Below, in pieces: positions 1-9,202 of a stretch of DNA of 64,000 bases. The translations under genes and the position numbers were made by a program. The stretch spans positions 110,288 through 174,287 of the forward strand of contig CAVRXA010000026.1 in assembly GCA_963725075.1 (NCBI GenBank). Direction: 5' to 3'. Position 1 is the stretch's first letter. The number at the start of each line of letters is the position of its first letter. The DNA comes from an uncultured Acidobacteriota bacterium (GTDB taxonomy: Bacteria; Actinomycetota; Acidimicrobiia; Spongiisociales; ZC4RG35). A model generated the notes under the pieces. The model was not told the DNA's origin and searched no databases. It saw only the letters and a list, made by a program, of their open reading frames with translations.

Positions 1-1
1 G

Positions 2-667
2 ACCGGAGCCGACGACACTCTCCAGCTCATCCTGAGCGACCCTCAGGCGCTCCAAGGGATGACTGACGCCGAGATCAACGAGGCCGGGCTCCTCCTTCTC
101 CAGGCTGGCTCGATCGTGCTCGTCTTTCAGCTCCTGGGCACCGGTTTCCTCAACCTGACCGTGCACCGCATCGTGGCTTCCGAGCTCGCCGGCGAGCACG
201 TGGGCGCGGGGGCCGCATCCTCACTGGCACTGTCGAGGCTGTTCACACTCATCGTCGCCGGGATCATCGCCTTCGTCCTGGTCGTCCTGGGGCTGTTCGC
301 CCTGATCATCCCTGGGGTGTGGCTCGCCGGCGCTTTCAGCATGATTTCCGCCGTCATCGCCCTGGAGGATGTCGGCCCCGTCGATGCCCTTCGCAGGAGC
401 TTCGCATTGGTGCGCCGCCGATGGTGGCAAACGGTCGGGTTCCTCCTGCTCGTCGGTCTCTTCGGGTCGCTTGCCGCCCAACTCGTCCAGCTCGTGGCCC
501 TTCCCATCGTCGGCGCCGGCGGCGTCGGCATCGGGGCAGGGCTGGGCTTCGTGGTGCTCGTGGTCGCCCAGGGCTTCGTGGTGGCCGCCATCGCGGTGAT
601 GGTGACCCTCTGGTATGTGGATCTCAGGTCCCGGAAAGAGCCCCTTGTCACCGAGAGTCTGCGATGA
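2..667 (+). CDS. polytopic membrane protein, 5' end outside window
   Basis: The frame is open from the window edge to the stop at 665-667. The track ORF 59..667 is G/A/V/L-rich with several hydrophobic helices and GC-rich third codon positions. Confidence 0.6.
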   Translation, partial: TGADDTLQLILSDPQALQGMTDAEINEAGLLLLQAGSIVLVFQLLGTGFLNLTVHRIVASELAGEHVGAGAASSLALSRLFTLIVAGIIAFVLVVLGLFALIIPGVWLAGAFSMISAVIALEDVGPVDALRRSFALVRRRWWQTVGFLLLVGLFGSLAAQLVQLVALPIVGAGGVGIGAGLGFVVLVVAQGFVVAAIAVMVTLWYVDLRSRKEPLVTESLR

Positions 668-1325
668 GCCTCTCCAGGGCTTGCTCCGCTGCTCCCTGCT
701 CGGCGTCTTTCTTGGACCTGCCGGACCCGGATCCCAGGGACATGCCGTCCACCTCGACACTGGCAACGAATGTCCGCTCGTGATCGGGGCCCGAGCCGTC
801 CGTTAGGTACTGGGGGCGTTTGCCGTCCCTGGCCAACACCTCCTGAAGACGGGTCTTGTAGTCCTTGAGCCCGGGGCGCTCTGCTCTCTCTTCGATCCGG
901 CTGCCCCAGAGACGCAGCACCAGGTCGGTAGCGCTCTCGATCCCGGAATCGAGGTAGACCGCCCCGATCACGGCTTCGAGAGCATCGGCCATGATCGAAT
1001 CCTTGTCCCTGCCCCCGGTCCGCTCCTCGGCGATCGTCAGCTCGATGTGATCGCTGAGACCGAAGCTCCGGGCAACGTCGGCCAGTACCGGCCTGCTGAC
1101 CAGGCCTGCCCTGACCTTTGCCAGATTTCCCTCGGGGAGGTCGGTGTAGGTGTTGTACAGATGACCCGTGATCGCCAATTGCAAGACTGCGTCACCCAGG
1201 AACTCGAGACGCTCGTTGTCGTGTCTCGAGCCGTCCTCGCTGCTGACGGAGCGATGGGTGAGCGACAGTTTCAGCAGCTGAGGGTCGGAGAACGTGTAGC
1301 CGAGCTGATCTTCCAGGGTCATCAC
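648..1325 (-). CDS. rnc: ribonuclease III
   Basis: Carries the RNase III signature ERLEFLGDAVLQL and a C-terminal dsRBD-like region (KDYKTRLQE...). Size is typical at 225 aa. Confidence 0.93.
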   Translation of the reverse strand: MMTLEDQLGYTFSDPQLLKLSLTHRSVSSEDGSRHDNERLEFLGDAVLQLAITGHLYNTYTDLPEGNLAKVRAGLVSRPVLADVARSFGLSDHIELTIAEERTGGRDKDSIMADALEAVIGAVYLDSGIESATDLVLRLWGSRIEERAERPGLKDYKTRLQEVLARDGKRPQYLTDGSGPDHERTFVASVEVDGMSLGSGSGRSKKDAEQGAAEQALERLIADSR

Positions 1326-2293
1326 GAGGCGAGACGGGCAGCCAGCAGGCCGGGAAGATCGTTCTTGGCGGCCTCGGCTGCCATCACGAGGGCGTTGGCG
1401 ATGGCCACGCGGTTCGATCTGCCGTGGGCGATCACCACGACTCCTTTCACGCCGAGCAGTTGAGCGCCCCCGTACGTCTCGTAGTCGAGACGGCGTCTCA
1501 CCTCGCCGAGGGCGGGCAAGACGGACTCCTGGACCTCGGGAGCGAGACCTGAGATCGCCTCCAACGAGTACGTCATCATCACCTTGGCCGCCCCCTCCAT
1601 CGTCTTGAGGAAGATGTTGCCGGTAAAGCCGTCGGTGACGATGACATCCGACTTGTCCTCGGCGACGTCGCGGCCCTCGAGGTTTCCGACGAATCTGATC
1701 GGCGCCTGTTCGAGAAGGCCGTATGCCTCCTTTTCGAGGTCCCGGCCCTTTCCCTTCTCCTCACCGATGTTGAGCAGACCGACTCGCGGGTCCTCCGCAC
1801 CGAGCAGGATCTCGGCCGCAACGGAGCCCATGATGGCGAACTGGACGAGTTGCTCCGGCTTCACATCGGGGTTGGCCCCCGAGTCGAGCACGATGGTGGG
1901 GCTGCCGGGGGTGGGGAAGATCGATGCGATCGAGGGCCTGGTCACACCTTTGATCCGCCCGATGTGCACCGCCGCCGCTGCCATTGCGGCTCCGGTGGAG
2001 CCGGCGGACACCATTCCGTCGGCGTTGCCTTCATCCACGAGTTTGGCCGCCACGTTTATGGAGGCACCCGGCTTCTCACGGAGGGCGCGTGCCGGGTCGT
2101 CCCCCATCGCGATCACCTCTGGGGCGTCGACGATGGGTAGACGGGTGTCGTGCTTGGCGAGCTCTGCTTCGAGGAGTTCGGGGAGGCCGACGAGGACGAC
2201 ATCGACGCCGCGTCCGGCCGCATCGACCGCGCCTGCAACCGTCTCGTCAGGGGCGTTATCGCCCCCCATGGCGTCGAGGGCGATCGTGGCCAA
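1322..2293 (-). CDS. plsX: phosphate acyltransferase PlsX
   Basis: N-terminus IALDAMGGDNAP matches PlsX and the protein is full length (323 aa). The start codon appears to be TTG, and the gene overlaps rnc by 4 nt. Confidence 0.9.
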   Translation of the reverse strand: MATIALDAMGGDNAPDETVAGAVDAAGRGVDVVLVGLPELLEAELAKHDTRLPIVDAPEVIAMGDDPARALREKPGASINVAAKLVDEGNADGMVSAGSTGAAMAAAAVHIGRIKGVTRPSIASIFPTPGSPTIVLDSGANPDVKPEQLVQFAIMGSVAAEILLGAEDPRVGLLNIGEEKGKGRDLEKEAYGLLEQAPIRFVGNLEGRDVAEDKSDVIVTDGFTGNIFLKTMEGAAKVMMTYSLEAISGLAPEVQESVLPALGEVRRRLDYETYGGAQLLGVKGVVVIAHGRSNRVAIANALVMAAEAAKNDLPGLLAARLAS

Positions 2294-2296
2294 GGC

Positions 2297-2473
2297 TCAG
2301 GAAGCCTCGATCACCTCGCGGCCGCCGTAGGTGCCACACTCACGACAGGCGCGATGGGGAAGCTTGGGCTTACCGCATTGCTCGCAGGCAACTGAGGTCG
2401 GGCGGGATACCTTCCAGGCCGATTTGCGCTGTCTGGTCCGCGAACGCGACATTTTCTTCTTGGGCACCGCCAT
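2297..2473 (-). CDS. rpmF: 50S ribosomal protein L32
   Basis: Not in the ORF track because it is under 60 aa. My translation is MAVPKKKMSRSRTRQRKSAWKVSRPTSVACEQCGKPKLPHRACRECGTYGGREVIEAS, which has the L32 N-terminal motif and two Cys pairs. It sits in the classic yceD-rpmF-plsX context. Confidence 0.9.
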   Translation of the reverse strand: MAVPKKKMSRSRTRQRKSAWKVSRPTSVACEQCGKPKLPHRACRECGTYGGREVIEAS

Positions 2474-2489
2474 TTGGTGCTCTCCTTGG

Positions 2490-2981
2490 TCAGGGTTCGA
2501 GCAGATCTTTCAGGGTGGCGAAGGGTGAGTCGGAATCATCCCCGTGGCCTCCGCAAGGTTCACTATTCAAGTCGGTTCCACAGGTTGGGCAAAGTCCCAG
2601 ACAGTCCTCCTTGCACAAGGGTTTCGCCGGCAGCGCCAGTGCCAACTCGTCGCGGGCCGGCCCGGAGAGGTCGACCTCGTTCTCGACGATGGCGTAGCCG
2701 TCCTCGTCGGGCATCGTCCGGAAGTACTGCTTGGCCTCGACCGTGACCGGGCCATCCCACTCCGTGAGACATCGCGTGCATGTGAAATGGGCCGTTGCCA
2801 CAGCGGCGAGCTCCGCCTCGACGGCGTCGATGAGGCCGACAACCCGGCCGGAAACCGTCATCGGCCCGTCGACGCTTGAATCGCCGAAATCGAGGCTCAC
2901 TGGATACGTTCCCTTGAACGGCCTCTCCTTGCCAGGCGATCCGATCAGGTCGCCGACCGGGACCACGAGATCGTGGCTCAT
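2490..2981 (-). CDS. YceD/DUF177 family protein
   Basis: C-terminal CKEDCLGLCPTCGTDLN motif plus position immediately upstream of rpmF. I trimmed the start to the ATG at 2981, 1 nt after the upstream stop. Confidence 0.8.
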   Translation of the reverse strand: MSHDLVVPVGDLIGSPGKERPFKGTYPVSLDFGDSSVDGPMTVSGRVVGLIDAVEAELAAVATAHFTCTRCLTEWDGPVTVEAKQYFRTMPDEDGYAIVENEVDLSGPARDELALALPAKPLCKEDCLGLCPTCGTDLNSEPCGGHGDDSDSPFATLKDLLEP

Positions 2982-2982
2982 C

Positions 2983-3525
2983 TCAGAGTGGGACGTCGGG
3001 TGGCTTGGGACGCGCCTCGTGTAGCTCGTCCCGTGCATCCTGGATCTGGTCGAGGATCTGGTTGAGGATCAGCTCGAGGCGCTGCAGCTTCCGCTCGATT
3101 TCGTCTTCGGTCTCCAGCCGGAGCCGGCGCGCCTCCCCTTCGGCACGTCGCACCAGGATGTTCGCCTCTTCCACCGCCTCGGCCATGATGTTCGAGTCCG
3201 AGACCAGAGCGTCGGCTTCCTTTCGGGCGCGATCGACGATCTCGCGAGCCTTCTCGTTGGTGCGTGCGATGAATGCCTCACGCTCACGGACCATCCACCT
3301 CGCCGCCCGCAGCTCGTCCGGCAGGTCGGCGCGGATCTTCTCCAGCATCCCGAGGAACTGCTCCCTATCGACCATGGCATTGCCGGACAACGGAACATTC
3401 TTCGCCTCGTGCAGATAGACGATCAGATCGTCGACCGTGTCCTGAAGGTCGCTCAGCTCGGCCCGGCTCTCCTGCTCGACCGGCTCGATCGCCTCGGCTA
3501 GCGGGGCTTCCTGCTCGTCGGTCAT
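2983..3525 (-). CDS. coiled-coil protein (ATP-synthase-b/DivIVA-like), conserved between coaD and yceD
   Basis: Charged heptad-rich 180 aa sequence. It has an ATGA overlap with the coaD stop. Confidence 0.6.
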   Translation of the reverse strand: MTDEQEAPLAEAIEPVEQESRAELSDLQDTVDDLIVYLHEAKNVPLSGNAMVDREQFLGMLEKIRADLPDELRAARWMVREREAFIARTNEKAREIVDRARKEADALVSDSNIMAEAVEEANILVRRAEGEARRLRLETEDEIERKLQRLELILNQILDQIQDARDELHEARPKPPDVPL

Positions 3526-3989
3526 GTCAGACGCTCCTGGAGGGCTTTTTCGACGGCACTTGGTACCAGACCGTCGATCGATCCGCCCAGTTTGGCAACT
3601 TCCTTGACCAGGGACGACGAGATGAAGCTCCAGTCCGACTTGGTGGCCATGAACACGGTCTCCATCCCGGAGAGGTTCCGGTTCATCTGTGACATCTGCA
3701 CCTCGTACTCGTAGTCGTCGATGGTGCGCAGGCCCTTCACCACCACATCCGCGCCCACTTCGGCGGCGTATTCGACGAGGAGACCTGAGAACGACCCGAT
3801 CTCCGCCCGCCCCCCGAACAACTCCTCGAGCAACGAAATACGCTCCTCGATCGAGAACAGCGACTCCTTCGACGGGTTGTCCACGACCGAAACCACCACC
3901 CGGTCAAAGGCAGCGATGGCCCGCTCGATGACGTCCACGTGCCCATTGGTCGGTGGGTCGAAGCTCCCGGGACAGAGTGCGGTGGTCAT
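3522..3989 (-). CDS. coaD: phosphopantetheine adenylyltransferase
   Basis: N-terminus CPGSFDPPTNGHVDVIERA carries the HxGH nucleotidyltransferase motif. Length is 155 aa. Confidence 0.93.
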   Translation of the reverse strand: MTTALCPGSFDPPTNGHVDVIERAIAAFDRVVVSVVDNPSKESLFSIEERISLLEELFGGRAEIGSFSGLLVEYAAEVGADVVVKGLRTIDDYEYEVQMSQMNRNLSGMETVFMATKSDWSFISSSLVKEVAKLGGSIDGLVPSAVEKALQERLT

Positions 3990-4534
3990 ACGGCTTCAGC
4001 TTCCTTTTCGTACCGGACGATTCTGGTATCCCCGTACCGCCTATCGGTGGCAACACTCCAGTTTGGCGGCGCCTCCGGGACGGTGTCGGTGTGACGTCTG
4101 GAGAGGACCACCTCAGCCCTCGCCGCCAATAGCCGCTCGAGGGCACTCAGATCGGAGGCCAAAACGGACGAAGCCATGTCCCACGGCGGGTCGATGAACA
4201 CGAGGTCGAACTCGCCACTGGATCGTTCGAGGAAGTCCCGGACCTTGGAAGTCACCAACGTGCCACCCAGACCCACACCTTTGATGTTCTGTCTCAAGGC
4301 CTCGAGTGCCCGATTGCCGCTCTCGACGAAGGTGGCCGCAGCGGCGCCACGGGAAAGCGCTTCGAGCCCGAACGACCCGGACCCGGCGTAGAGGTCCAGC
4401 ACTTTGGCCTCCTCAACCCACCCACCGATCATCGAAAACACCGCCTCTCTCGCTCGGTCGGTGACCGGCCTTGTGGCCGGAGTGTCGGGGGCGACAAGCC
4501 GTCTCCCTTTCGCCTTGCCGCTGATGATTCGCAT
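3986..4534 (-). CDS. rsmD: 16S rRNA (guanine966-N2)-methyltransferase RsmD
   Basis: MRIISGKAKGRRL...PTxDRxREAxF and LDLYAGSGSFGLEALSRGA motifs. The start is trimmed to the ATG at 4534, downstream of the recG stop (4539-4541). Confidence 0.88.
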   Translation of the reverse strand: MRIISGKAKGRRLVAPDTPATRPVTDRAREAVFSMIGGWVEEAKVLDLYAGSGSFGLEALSRGAAAATFVESGNRALEALRQNIKGVGLGGTLVTSKVRDFLERSSGEFDLVFIDPPWDMASSVLASDLSALERLLAARAEVVLSRRHTDTVPEAPPNWSVATDRRYGDTRIVRYEKEAEAV

Positions 4535-4538
4535 CGCC

Positions 4539-6701
4539 TCAGCTCTTGAACAGCCAGTCGACCGATTCTCCGAGCATGGCCCGGACCTCCTCGGCAAGCT
4601 CGGGATGGTCGGCGAGCCCCGGATCCCGGTCGACGATGGCGAAGGCGTCGTTGCGTGCGGCAGAAAGGAGATCGAGGTCCCGGAGCAAATCGGCGAGCTT
4701 CAGATCGGCAACGCCGGATTGTCTTGCCCCGAACACGGTCCCCTGACCTCGAATCCTCAGGTCTTCCTGGGCCAGGACGAACCCGTCGGTGGTGGCGGCC
4801 ATCGCGGTCAGCCGCTCTTCGGCATCTTCGGTGGCGGGATCGGCGATCAGCAAACACAGACCCGGGTGCTGGCCGCGGCCCACCCGGCCCCGCAGTTGAT
4901 GGAGCTGACTCAGACCGAACCGATCGGCGTCCTCGATCACCATCACGGTGGCGTTGGGTATGTCTATCCCTACCTCGATGACTGTCGTCGCCACCAGCAC
5001 GTCGATCTCACCTGCCCGAAACTCCGACATGACTGCCTCTTTCTCCACCGGTCTGAGCTGGCCATGGATGAGGCCCACGCGTAGGTCTGGCATCAAGGCC
5101 GAGAGGCGGTGGAACTCGGCCGTTGCGGACGCGGCCTCGACCTTGGGGCTGTCCTCGACGAGGGGACAGACGACGAAGGCTTGACGCCCGGCGGCGACGT
5201 CCTTCGCTATCCGTTTCCAGGCCAGAGCCTCCTCCAACCTGGAAAGGACCTTCGTCTTGACCGGAGTACGTCCTGGCGGCATCTCGTCGATGATCGAAAC
5301 GTCGAGATCCCCGTAGAGGGTCATGGACAGTGTCCTGGGGATTGGCGTGGCGGTCATGATCAGCAAATCGGGGTCGATCTCATCGGCCTTCTCCTTCAGC
5401 ATGACCCGCTGAGACACGCCAAATCGGTGCTGTTCGTCCACCACGGCGACACCCAGCCGGTGGAACTCAACCCCTTCCTGAATGAGTGCGTGGGTCCCGA
5501 CCAGGATGTCGACTTGGCCTGAGGCGACGTCGGCGAGCAGGTCTGCACGACCGACATCGGGCCGGTAATTGGCGGCGGCAGTCGAACCCGTGAGGATCCC
5601 GATGTGCACGGCCGGCCCATCCGTGCCGAAGAGGCTGTCCATCCCCAGCTCGCTGGGAGCGGCGAACGGCTCCGGAGACAGCCCGGCCTGGGCAAGGAGC
5701 CCGGTCACGCCCAGGTAATGCTGCACAGCGAGCACCTCGGTCGGTGCCATGATCGCCCCCTGCCAGCCCCCCTCTACTCCGCTTAGGAGGGCGGACACCG
5801 CGACCACGGTCTTGCCCGAGCCGACCTCACCCTGCAGGAGACGATGCATCGGGTGGGGCTCACGGAGATCTTGGTCGATCTCGTCCAGAACCCGCTTCTG
5901 GGCACCGGTGAGCTCGTACGGCAATCCGGCGACGAATCGGCCCGCCAGTTCCCCGCTCGGGGTGTGGGCGAACCCGGTGGCGTCATCCATCTGACGGCGC
6001 TTCTGGAGGGCAAGCGACAATTCGAGCCGGAAGAACTCGTCGTACACCAGGCGATTCCGCGCCGGGTCTACTCGATCCAGGGACTCGGGGAAATGGATGT
6101 CGCTGAAGGCCTGGTCGCGGCTGATCAAGCCCTTCCGCGCCAGCAGCTCGGCGGGGATCGGGTCGGGAATGGGCCGAGCCCGATTCAAGGCGATGTGCAT
6201 TGCGCGCAGGATTGCCCAGGGTTTCACCGACCCCACCTGTGGATGCACCGGCACGATCCGACCGGTGACGATCGATTCCTGGTCGTCTCCAAGCATCTCC
6301 ACCACCGGGTTCGCCATCTGCAGAGCCCCGTTGCGAGACGTCACGGTCCCGGAGAAGGCCGCCTCGGTGCCAACCGGGAGACGTTTTTGTCGGTAGGGCT
6401 GGTTGAACCAGATCACTTTGAGTGTCGCCGTCTCGTCGGCGATGACGGCCTCGGTGATCGAAACCTTCTTCGGGCGCCGCGTGTTGATCTTTTTGACCTC
6501 GGCGATGATCGTCACCTCGGTGTCGAGGGAGACGCGATCCAGTCTGGGCTTGTTGCTGCGATCGATGTACGTCCTGGGAACGTGATGAAGCAGATCGGCC
6601 ACGGTCCGGATCCCCGCCTTGACCAGAGGCGCGGAATTCTTAGACCCCAGCCATTTGATCTCTGACACCGGCACCTCGGCCAGACGGGTCAGAGTGGCCA
6701 T
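4539..6701 (-). CDS. recG: ATP-dependent DNA helicase RecG
   Basis: Wedge/OB N-terminus followed by helicase motifs GEVGSGKT and DEQHRFG. I chose the start at MATLTRL (6701); the longer track ORF runs into the divergent rpmB promoter region. Confidence 0.92.
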   Translation of the reverse strand: MATLTRLAEVPVSEIKWLGSKNSAPLVKAGIRTVADLLHHVPRTYIDRSNKPRLDRVSLDTEVTIIAEVKKINTRRPKKVSITEAVIADETATLKVIWFNQPYRQKRLPVGTEAAFSGTVTSRNGALQMANPVVEMLGDDQESIVTGRIVPVHPQVGSVKPWAILRAMHIALNRARPIPDPIPAELLARKGLISRDQAFSDIHFPESLDRVDPARNRLVYDEFFRLELSLALQKRRQMDDATGFAHTPSGELAGRFVAGLPYELTGAQKRVLDEIDQDLREPHPMHRLLQGEVGSGKTVVAVSALLSGVEGGWQGAIMAPTEVLAVQHYLGVTGLLAQAGLSPEPFAAPSELGMDSLFGTDGPAVHIGILTGSTAAANYRPDVGRADLLADVASGQVDILVGTHALIQEGVEFHRLGVAVVDEQHRFGVSQRVMLKEKADEIDPDLLIMTATPIPRTLSMTLYGDLDVSIIDEMPPGRTPVKTKVLSRLEEALAWKRIAKDVAAGRQAFVVCPLVEDSPKVEAASATAEFHRLSALMPDLRVGLIHGQLRPVEKEAVMSEFRAGEIDVLVATTVIEVGIDIPNATVMVIEDADRFGLSQLHQLRGRVGRGQHPGLCLLIADPATEDAEERLTAMAATTDGFVLAQEDLRIRGQGTVFGARQSGVADLKLADLLRDLDLLSAARNDAFAIVDRDPGLADHPELAEEVRAMLGESVDWLFKS

Positions 6702-6737
6702 CTCAACTCGCTCGACGGTGTCGTCGCCACCAGGCGA

Positions 6738-6759
6738 ACGGTAACTGCGGACTGTGACT
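6738..6759 (-). promoter_or_regulatory. candidate DNA-damage promoter motif aGTCAcag-N8-TACCGT upstream of recG
   Basis: The minus strand reads AGTCACAGTCCGCAGTTACCGT about 36 nt upstream of the recG ATG. The same architecture occurs at 20090 and 22239. Confidence 0.3.
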
Positions 6760-6845
6760 TGACCCGGATCACAGCTATTCTTCCGCCTGGTCGTGACGGG
6801 CCTCACGCCCGTCTACTCTTCCAGACCACTCCAGGAGTTTTCGAG

Positions 6846-7034
6846 ATGTCTTATCGCTGTGAGATCTGCGGCAAGGAGCCGAGCTACGGGAAGACCGTGA
6901 GCTTCTCCCACAAGCGGAACAATCGCCGTTGGCTGCCCAACATCCAGAAGGTGCGGGTCCGCCACGGTTCCAACACCCGCCGCGCCCGGGTGTGCACCTC
7001 GTGCATCCGAGCGGGCAAGATCGAGAAGGCCTGA
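6846..7034 (+). CDS. rpmB: 50S ribosomal protein L28
   Basis: MSYRCEICGKEPSYGKTVSFSHKRNNRRWLPNIQKVRV is an L28 signature. ATG at 6846. Confidence 0.9.
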   Translation: MSYRCEICGKEPSYGKTVSFSHKRNNRRWLPNIQKVRVRHGSNTRRARVCTSCIRAGKIEKA

Positions 7035-7036
7035 GC

Positions 7037-7252
7037 ATGCCGCAGGGCGTGGTCAAGACCTACGACCCTGTGACCGGCGCCGGCATCGTCGTCCGGGATG
7101 ACGATCGGTCCGAGGTGTACCTCCGCCCCGGGTCCCTAAAAGGGTCGATCTTCCGCTCACTGCGTCAGGGCCAGCGCCTCGTTTTCGAGACAGTCGAAGA
7201 AGACGGCAGCGTCTTTGTGTCTTCTCTCAGGGTGGGGCAAGAGGGGTATTGA
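7037..7252 (+). CDS. small cold-shock-domain-like protein
   Basis: MPQGVVKTYDPVTGAGIVVRDD... has an OB/CSD-like N-terminus and GC-rich third positions. It starts 2 nt after the rpmB stop. Canonical RNP motifs are not evident. Confidence 0.6.
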   Translation: MPQGVVKTYDPVTGAGIVVRDDDRSEVYLRPGSLKGSIFRSLRQGQRLVFETVEEDGSVFVSSLRVGQEGY

Positions 7253-7257
7253 GTTTC

Positions 7258-7307
7258 GGGTGGTGGGTGGTGAGTCTTGAGTTCCGACCCATAACCCATA
7301 ACCCACT
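7258..7307. repeat. G/C-tract repeats 3' of the four-helix-bundle gene
   Basis: GGGTGGTGGGTGGTG at 7258-7272 on the plus strand, then three ACCCNNN heptads (ACCCATA ACCCATA ACCCACT) at 7287-7307. Confidence 0.8.
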
Positions 7308-7309
7308 AC

Positions 7310-7663
7310 TCAGGACCCAGCCTCGACTCTCGCCTGCAACTTGATCAGCTGGCGACGAACGCTGATCACATCACCGAGCAGACTTTCTGGGTCCTCGATG
7401 ATCCCCAGGCGATGCGCGACCCTTATTTGACTCTCGACCTCTGATACCGAGCCAATCGCAATCTGCAGAAAGCGAGAGGTGTCTGATCCACCTCTCCGGC
7501 CAGCTCCCTCCGCGATGTTCGAGCTAACCGAAACGGCCGCACTCCTCAGTTGCGCTATCAGTCCGAATCGTTCCGATGAGGGAAACCCATCAGTCACCTC
7601 ATAGACGCGTTCCGCCAGGTGAACACTCGCCTCCCACACTCTCAGTCTCGTGAAGTCCTGCAC
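7310..7663 (-). CDS. four-helix-bundle protein (23S rRNA intervening-sequence protein / Avd-like family)
   Basis: FTRLRVWEASVHLAERVYEVTDGFPSSERFGLIAQLRSAAVSVSSNIAEG matches the family consensus as I recall it. The gene is visibly lower in GC, with weaker third-position GC, than its neighbours. Confidence 0.8.
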   Translation of the reverse strand: MQDFTRLRVWEASVHLAERVYEVTDGFPSSERFGLIAQLRSAAVSVSSNIAEGAGRRGGSDTSRFLQIAIGSVSEVESQIRVAHRLGIIEDPESLLGDVISVRRQLIKLQARVEAGS

Positions 7664-7750
7664 GCTTACTCAATACAGCCGCCACATGTCCTTCGCCAGA
7701 CCGCCGATCACCACCACAGACCCGTCAACACTCACAACTCAAAACCGACC

Positions 7751-7792
7751 ACCCGTAACCCATCACCCACAACCCATAACCCGCCACCCATT
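7751..7792. repeat. six tandem ACCCNNN heptads (GGGT-N3 x6 on the minus strand), G-quadruplex-capable
   Basis: ACCCGTA ACCCATC ACCCACA ACCCATA ACCCGCC ACCCATT, lying 88-130 nt upstream of the minus-strand gene start at 7663. Confidence 0.85.
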
Positions 7793-7832
7793 CACTAGGG
7801 TCACGCCGACCCGAGACCCTAAGGAGGCTCAT

Positions 7833-8066
7833 TTGGTCCAGGCCTATGTCCTGATCCAGACCGAGGTCGGCAAGGCCGCCCTGGTCGCAGAGGAAGTGCG
7901 CGAGATCCCCGGCGTCGATTCAGCCGACGACGTGACCGGCCCCTATGACGTCATCGTCAAGGCCACCAGCGACGACGTCGATTCCCTGGGGAAACTGGTC
8001 GTGGCCAAGATCCAGGCAATCGACGGGATCACCCGCACACTCACCTGCCCGGTGGTGCACCTCTGA
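7833..8066 (+). CDS. small Lrp/AsnC ligand-binding-domain protein
   Basis: TTG start at 7833 preceded by AAGGAGG at 7821-7827. The sequence VQAYVLIQTEVGKAALVAEEVREIPGV...YDVIVK is typical of the AsnC-type domain (77 aa). Confidence 0.7.
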   Translation: MVQAYVLIQTEVGKAALVAEEVREIPGVDSADDVTGPYDVIVKATSDDVDSLGKLVVAKIQAIDGITRTLTCPVVHL

Positions 8067-8087
8067 TCCGGAGAAGAGCCGACTGAG

Positions 8088-8113
8088 AAAGGACCGGCAC
8101 CCGCCGGTCCTTT
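8088..8113. terminator. 11-bp GC-rich hairpin between convergent genes
   Basis: AAAGGACCGGC-ACCC-GCCGGTCCTTT lies between the stop at 8066 and the ddl stop at 8118. The T-run is only the one that forms part of the stem. Confidence 0.55.
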
Positions 8114-8117
8114 CTGG

Positions 8118-9194
8118 TTAACCGAGTTTCGAGGCGATGGTGCCTGCGCTCCGCAGCGCCGTCCCATCGCTTCCCGCCACCGAGAACATCCGCACCGGCC
8201 CGCTTCGGGCCTCCTCCACCATGTCACGGAACAACTGCTCACGACCGATGGGCGGGTCGATCCACAGATACGCACCCATCGAGCCGGGGATGGTGTTCAC
8301 CTCGTTGACGACGATCTCGCCGTCGCGCTCCAGGTAGTCGATCCGGGCAATCCCCCTCAACCCGGCCACCTCGGTCACCCGGACGGAAAGACGACGGATC
8401 TCCTCCTCGAGCGCTGATTCGAGCACGGCGGGCAGCTCCCGACCCGCGCTCACCTCACCGCCCCAGGCGAGATATTTCTGGTCGTACGAATAGATCCCAT
8501 CGGAGGCCCTGGCCGGAGCCTCGATCGCCGACAGCTCCCACTTGGGATACGTGCGCACCGCCACCTGGAGGTCCCGACTCGCGGCGAGGAATGGCTCGAC
8601 GACCGCGCCCTGGTCCAGGAAGGTCGAACGTCTCTTCAAGGCGAGAACTGTCGGCCAGTCCTCGGCCACCTCGATGCCGATCGAGGAGCCGCCGAAACGG
8701 GGCTTGACGATGAAAGGCCCTTCGAATGACGGAGCGGGCTCCTCGCCGGTGGCGACCATGGCACGGGGCAGTGTGGGCAGGCCGGCCGCCGCCATCGCCG
8801 CCCCGAAAGCCAGCTTGTCCATGCCCAGGGCCGAAGCGGCCTGACCCGGGCCGCTGTAGCGAAGACCGACGAGATCGAGAAGGCCTTGCAAGGTGCCATC
8901 CTCGCCCGGTCCACCGTGACAGGCGATGACCACCGCGTCGATGTCCAGCCGCCGCTTTTTGAGAATCAGACCCTGACCAGGGGCGGCGACGAAGGTCAGC
9001 TCACGGGAGGGGCGGGGCACGCCGTCGGCGAATTCTGCCGCCTCCAGATCGGGCTCTACCTCGAACCAGTCCCCCGTCTTCGACCAGTAGATGGCGTGGA
9101 CATCGCCGAGGGCGCGGGTGACCTGAAGACCGGTGAGGATCGAGATGTCGTGCTCGTCGGACGGGCCGCCGAAGATGACCGCCGGTTTAGCCAT
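8118..9194 (-). CDS. ddl: D-alanine--D-alanine ligase
   Basis: VIFGGPSDEHDISILTG, HGGPGEDGTLQGLLDLVGLRYSG, MDKLAFG and NEVNTIPG motifs. The start is trimmed to MAKPAV (ATG at 9194). Confidence 0.88.
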   Translation of the reverse strand: MAKPAVIFGGPSDEHDISILTGLQVTRALGDVHAIYWSKTGDWFEVEPDLEAAEFADGVPRPSRELTFVAAPGQGLILKKRRLDIDAVVIACHGGPGEDGTLQGLLDLVGLRYSGPGQAASALGMDKLAFGAAMAAAGLPTLPRAMVATGEEPAPSFEGPFIVKPRFGGSSIGIEVAEDWPTVLALKRRSTFLDQGAVVEPFLAASRDLQVAVRTYPKWELSAIEAPARASDGIYSYDQKYLAWGGEVSAGRELPAVLESALEEEIRRLSVRVTEVAGLRGIARIDYLERDGEIVVNEVNTIPGSMGAYLWIDPPIGREQLFRDMVEEARSGPVRMFSVAGSDGTALRSAGTIASKLG

Positions 9195-9202
9195 TCCGCT
9201 CC

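Noticed and set aside
7310-7663. Four-helix-bundle gene as the Avd component of a diversity-generating retroelement
   Set aside because: No reverse transcriptase ORF and no template/variable repeat pair occurs anywhere in the window.
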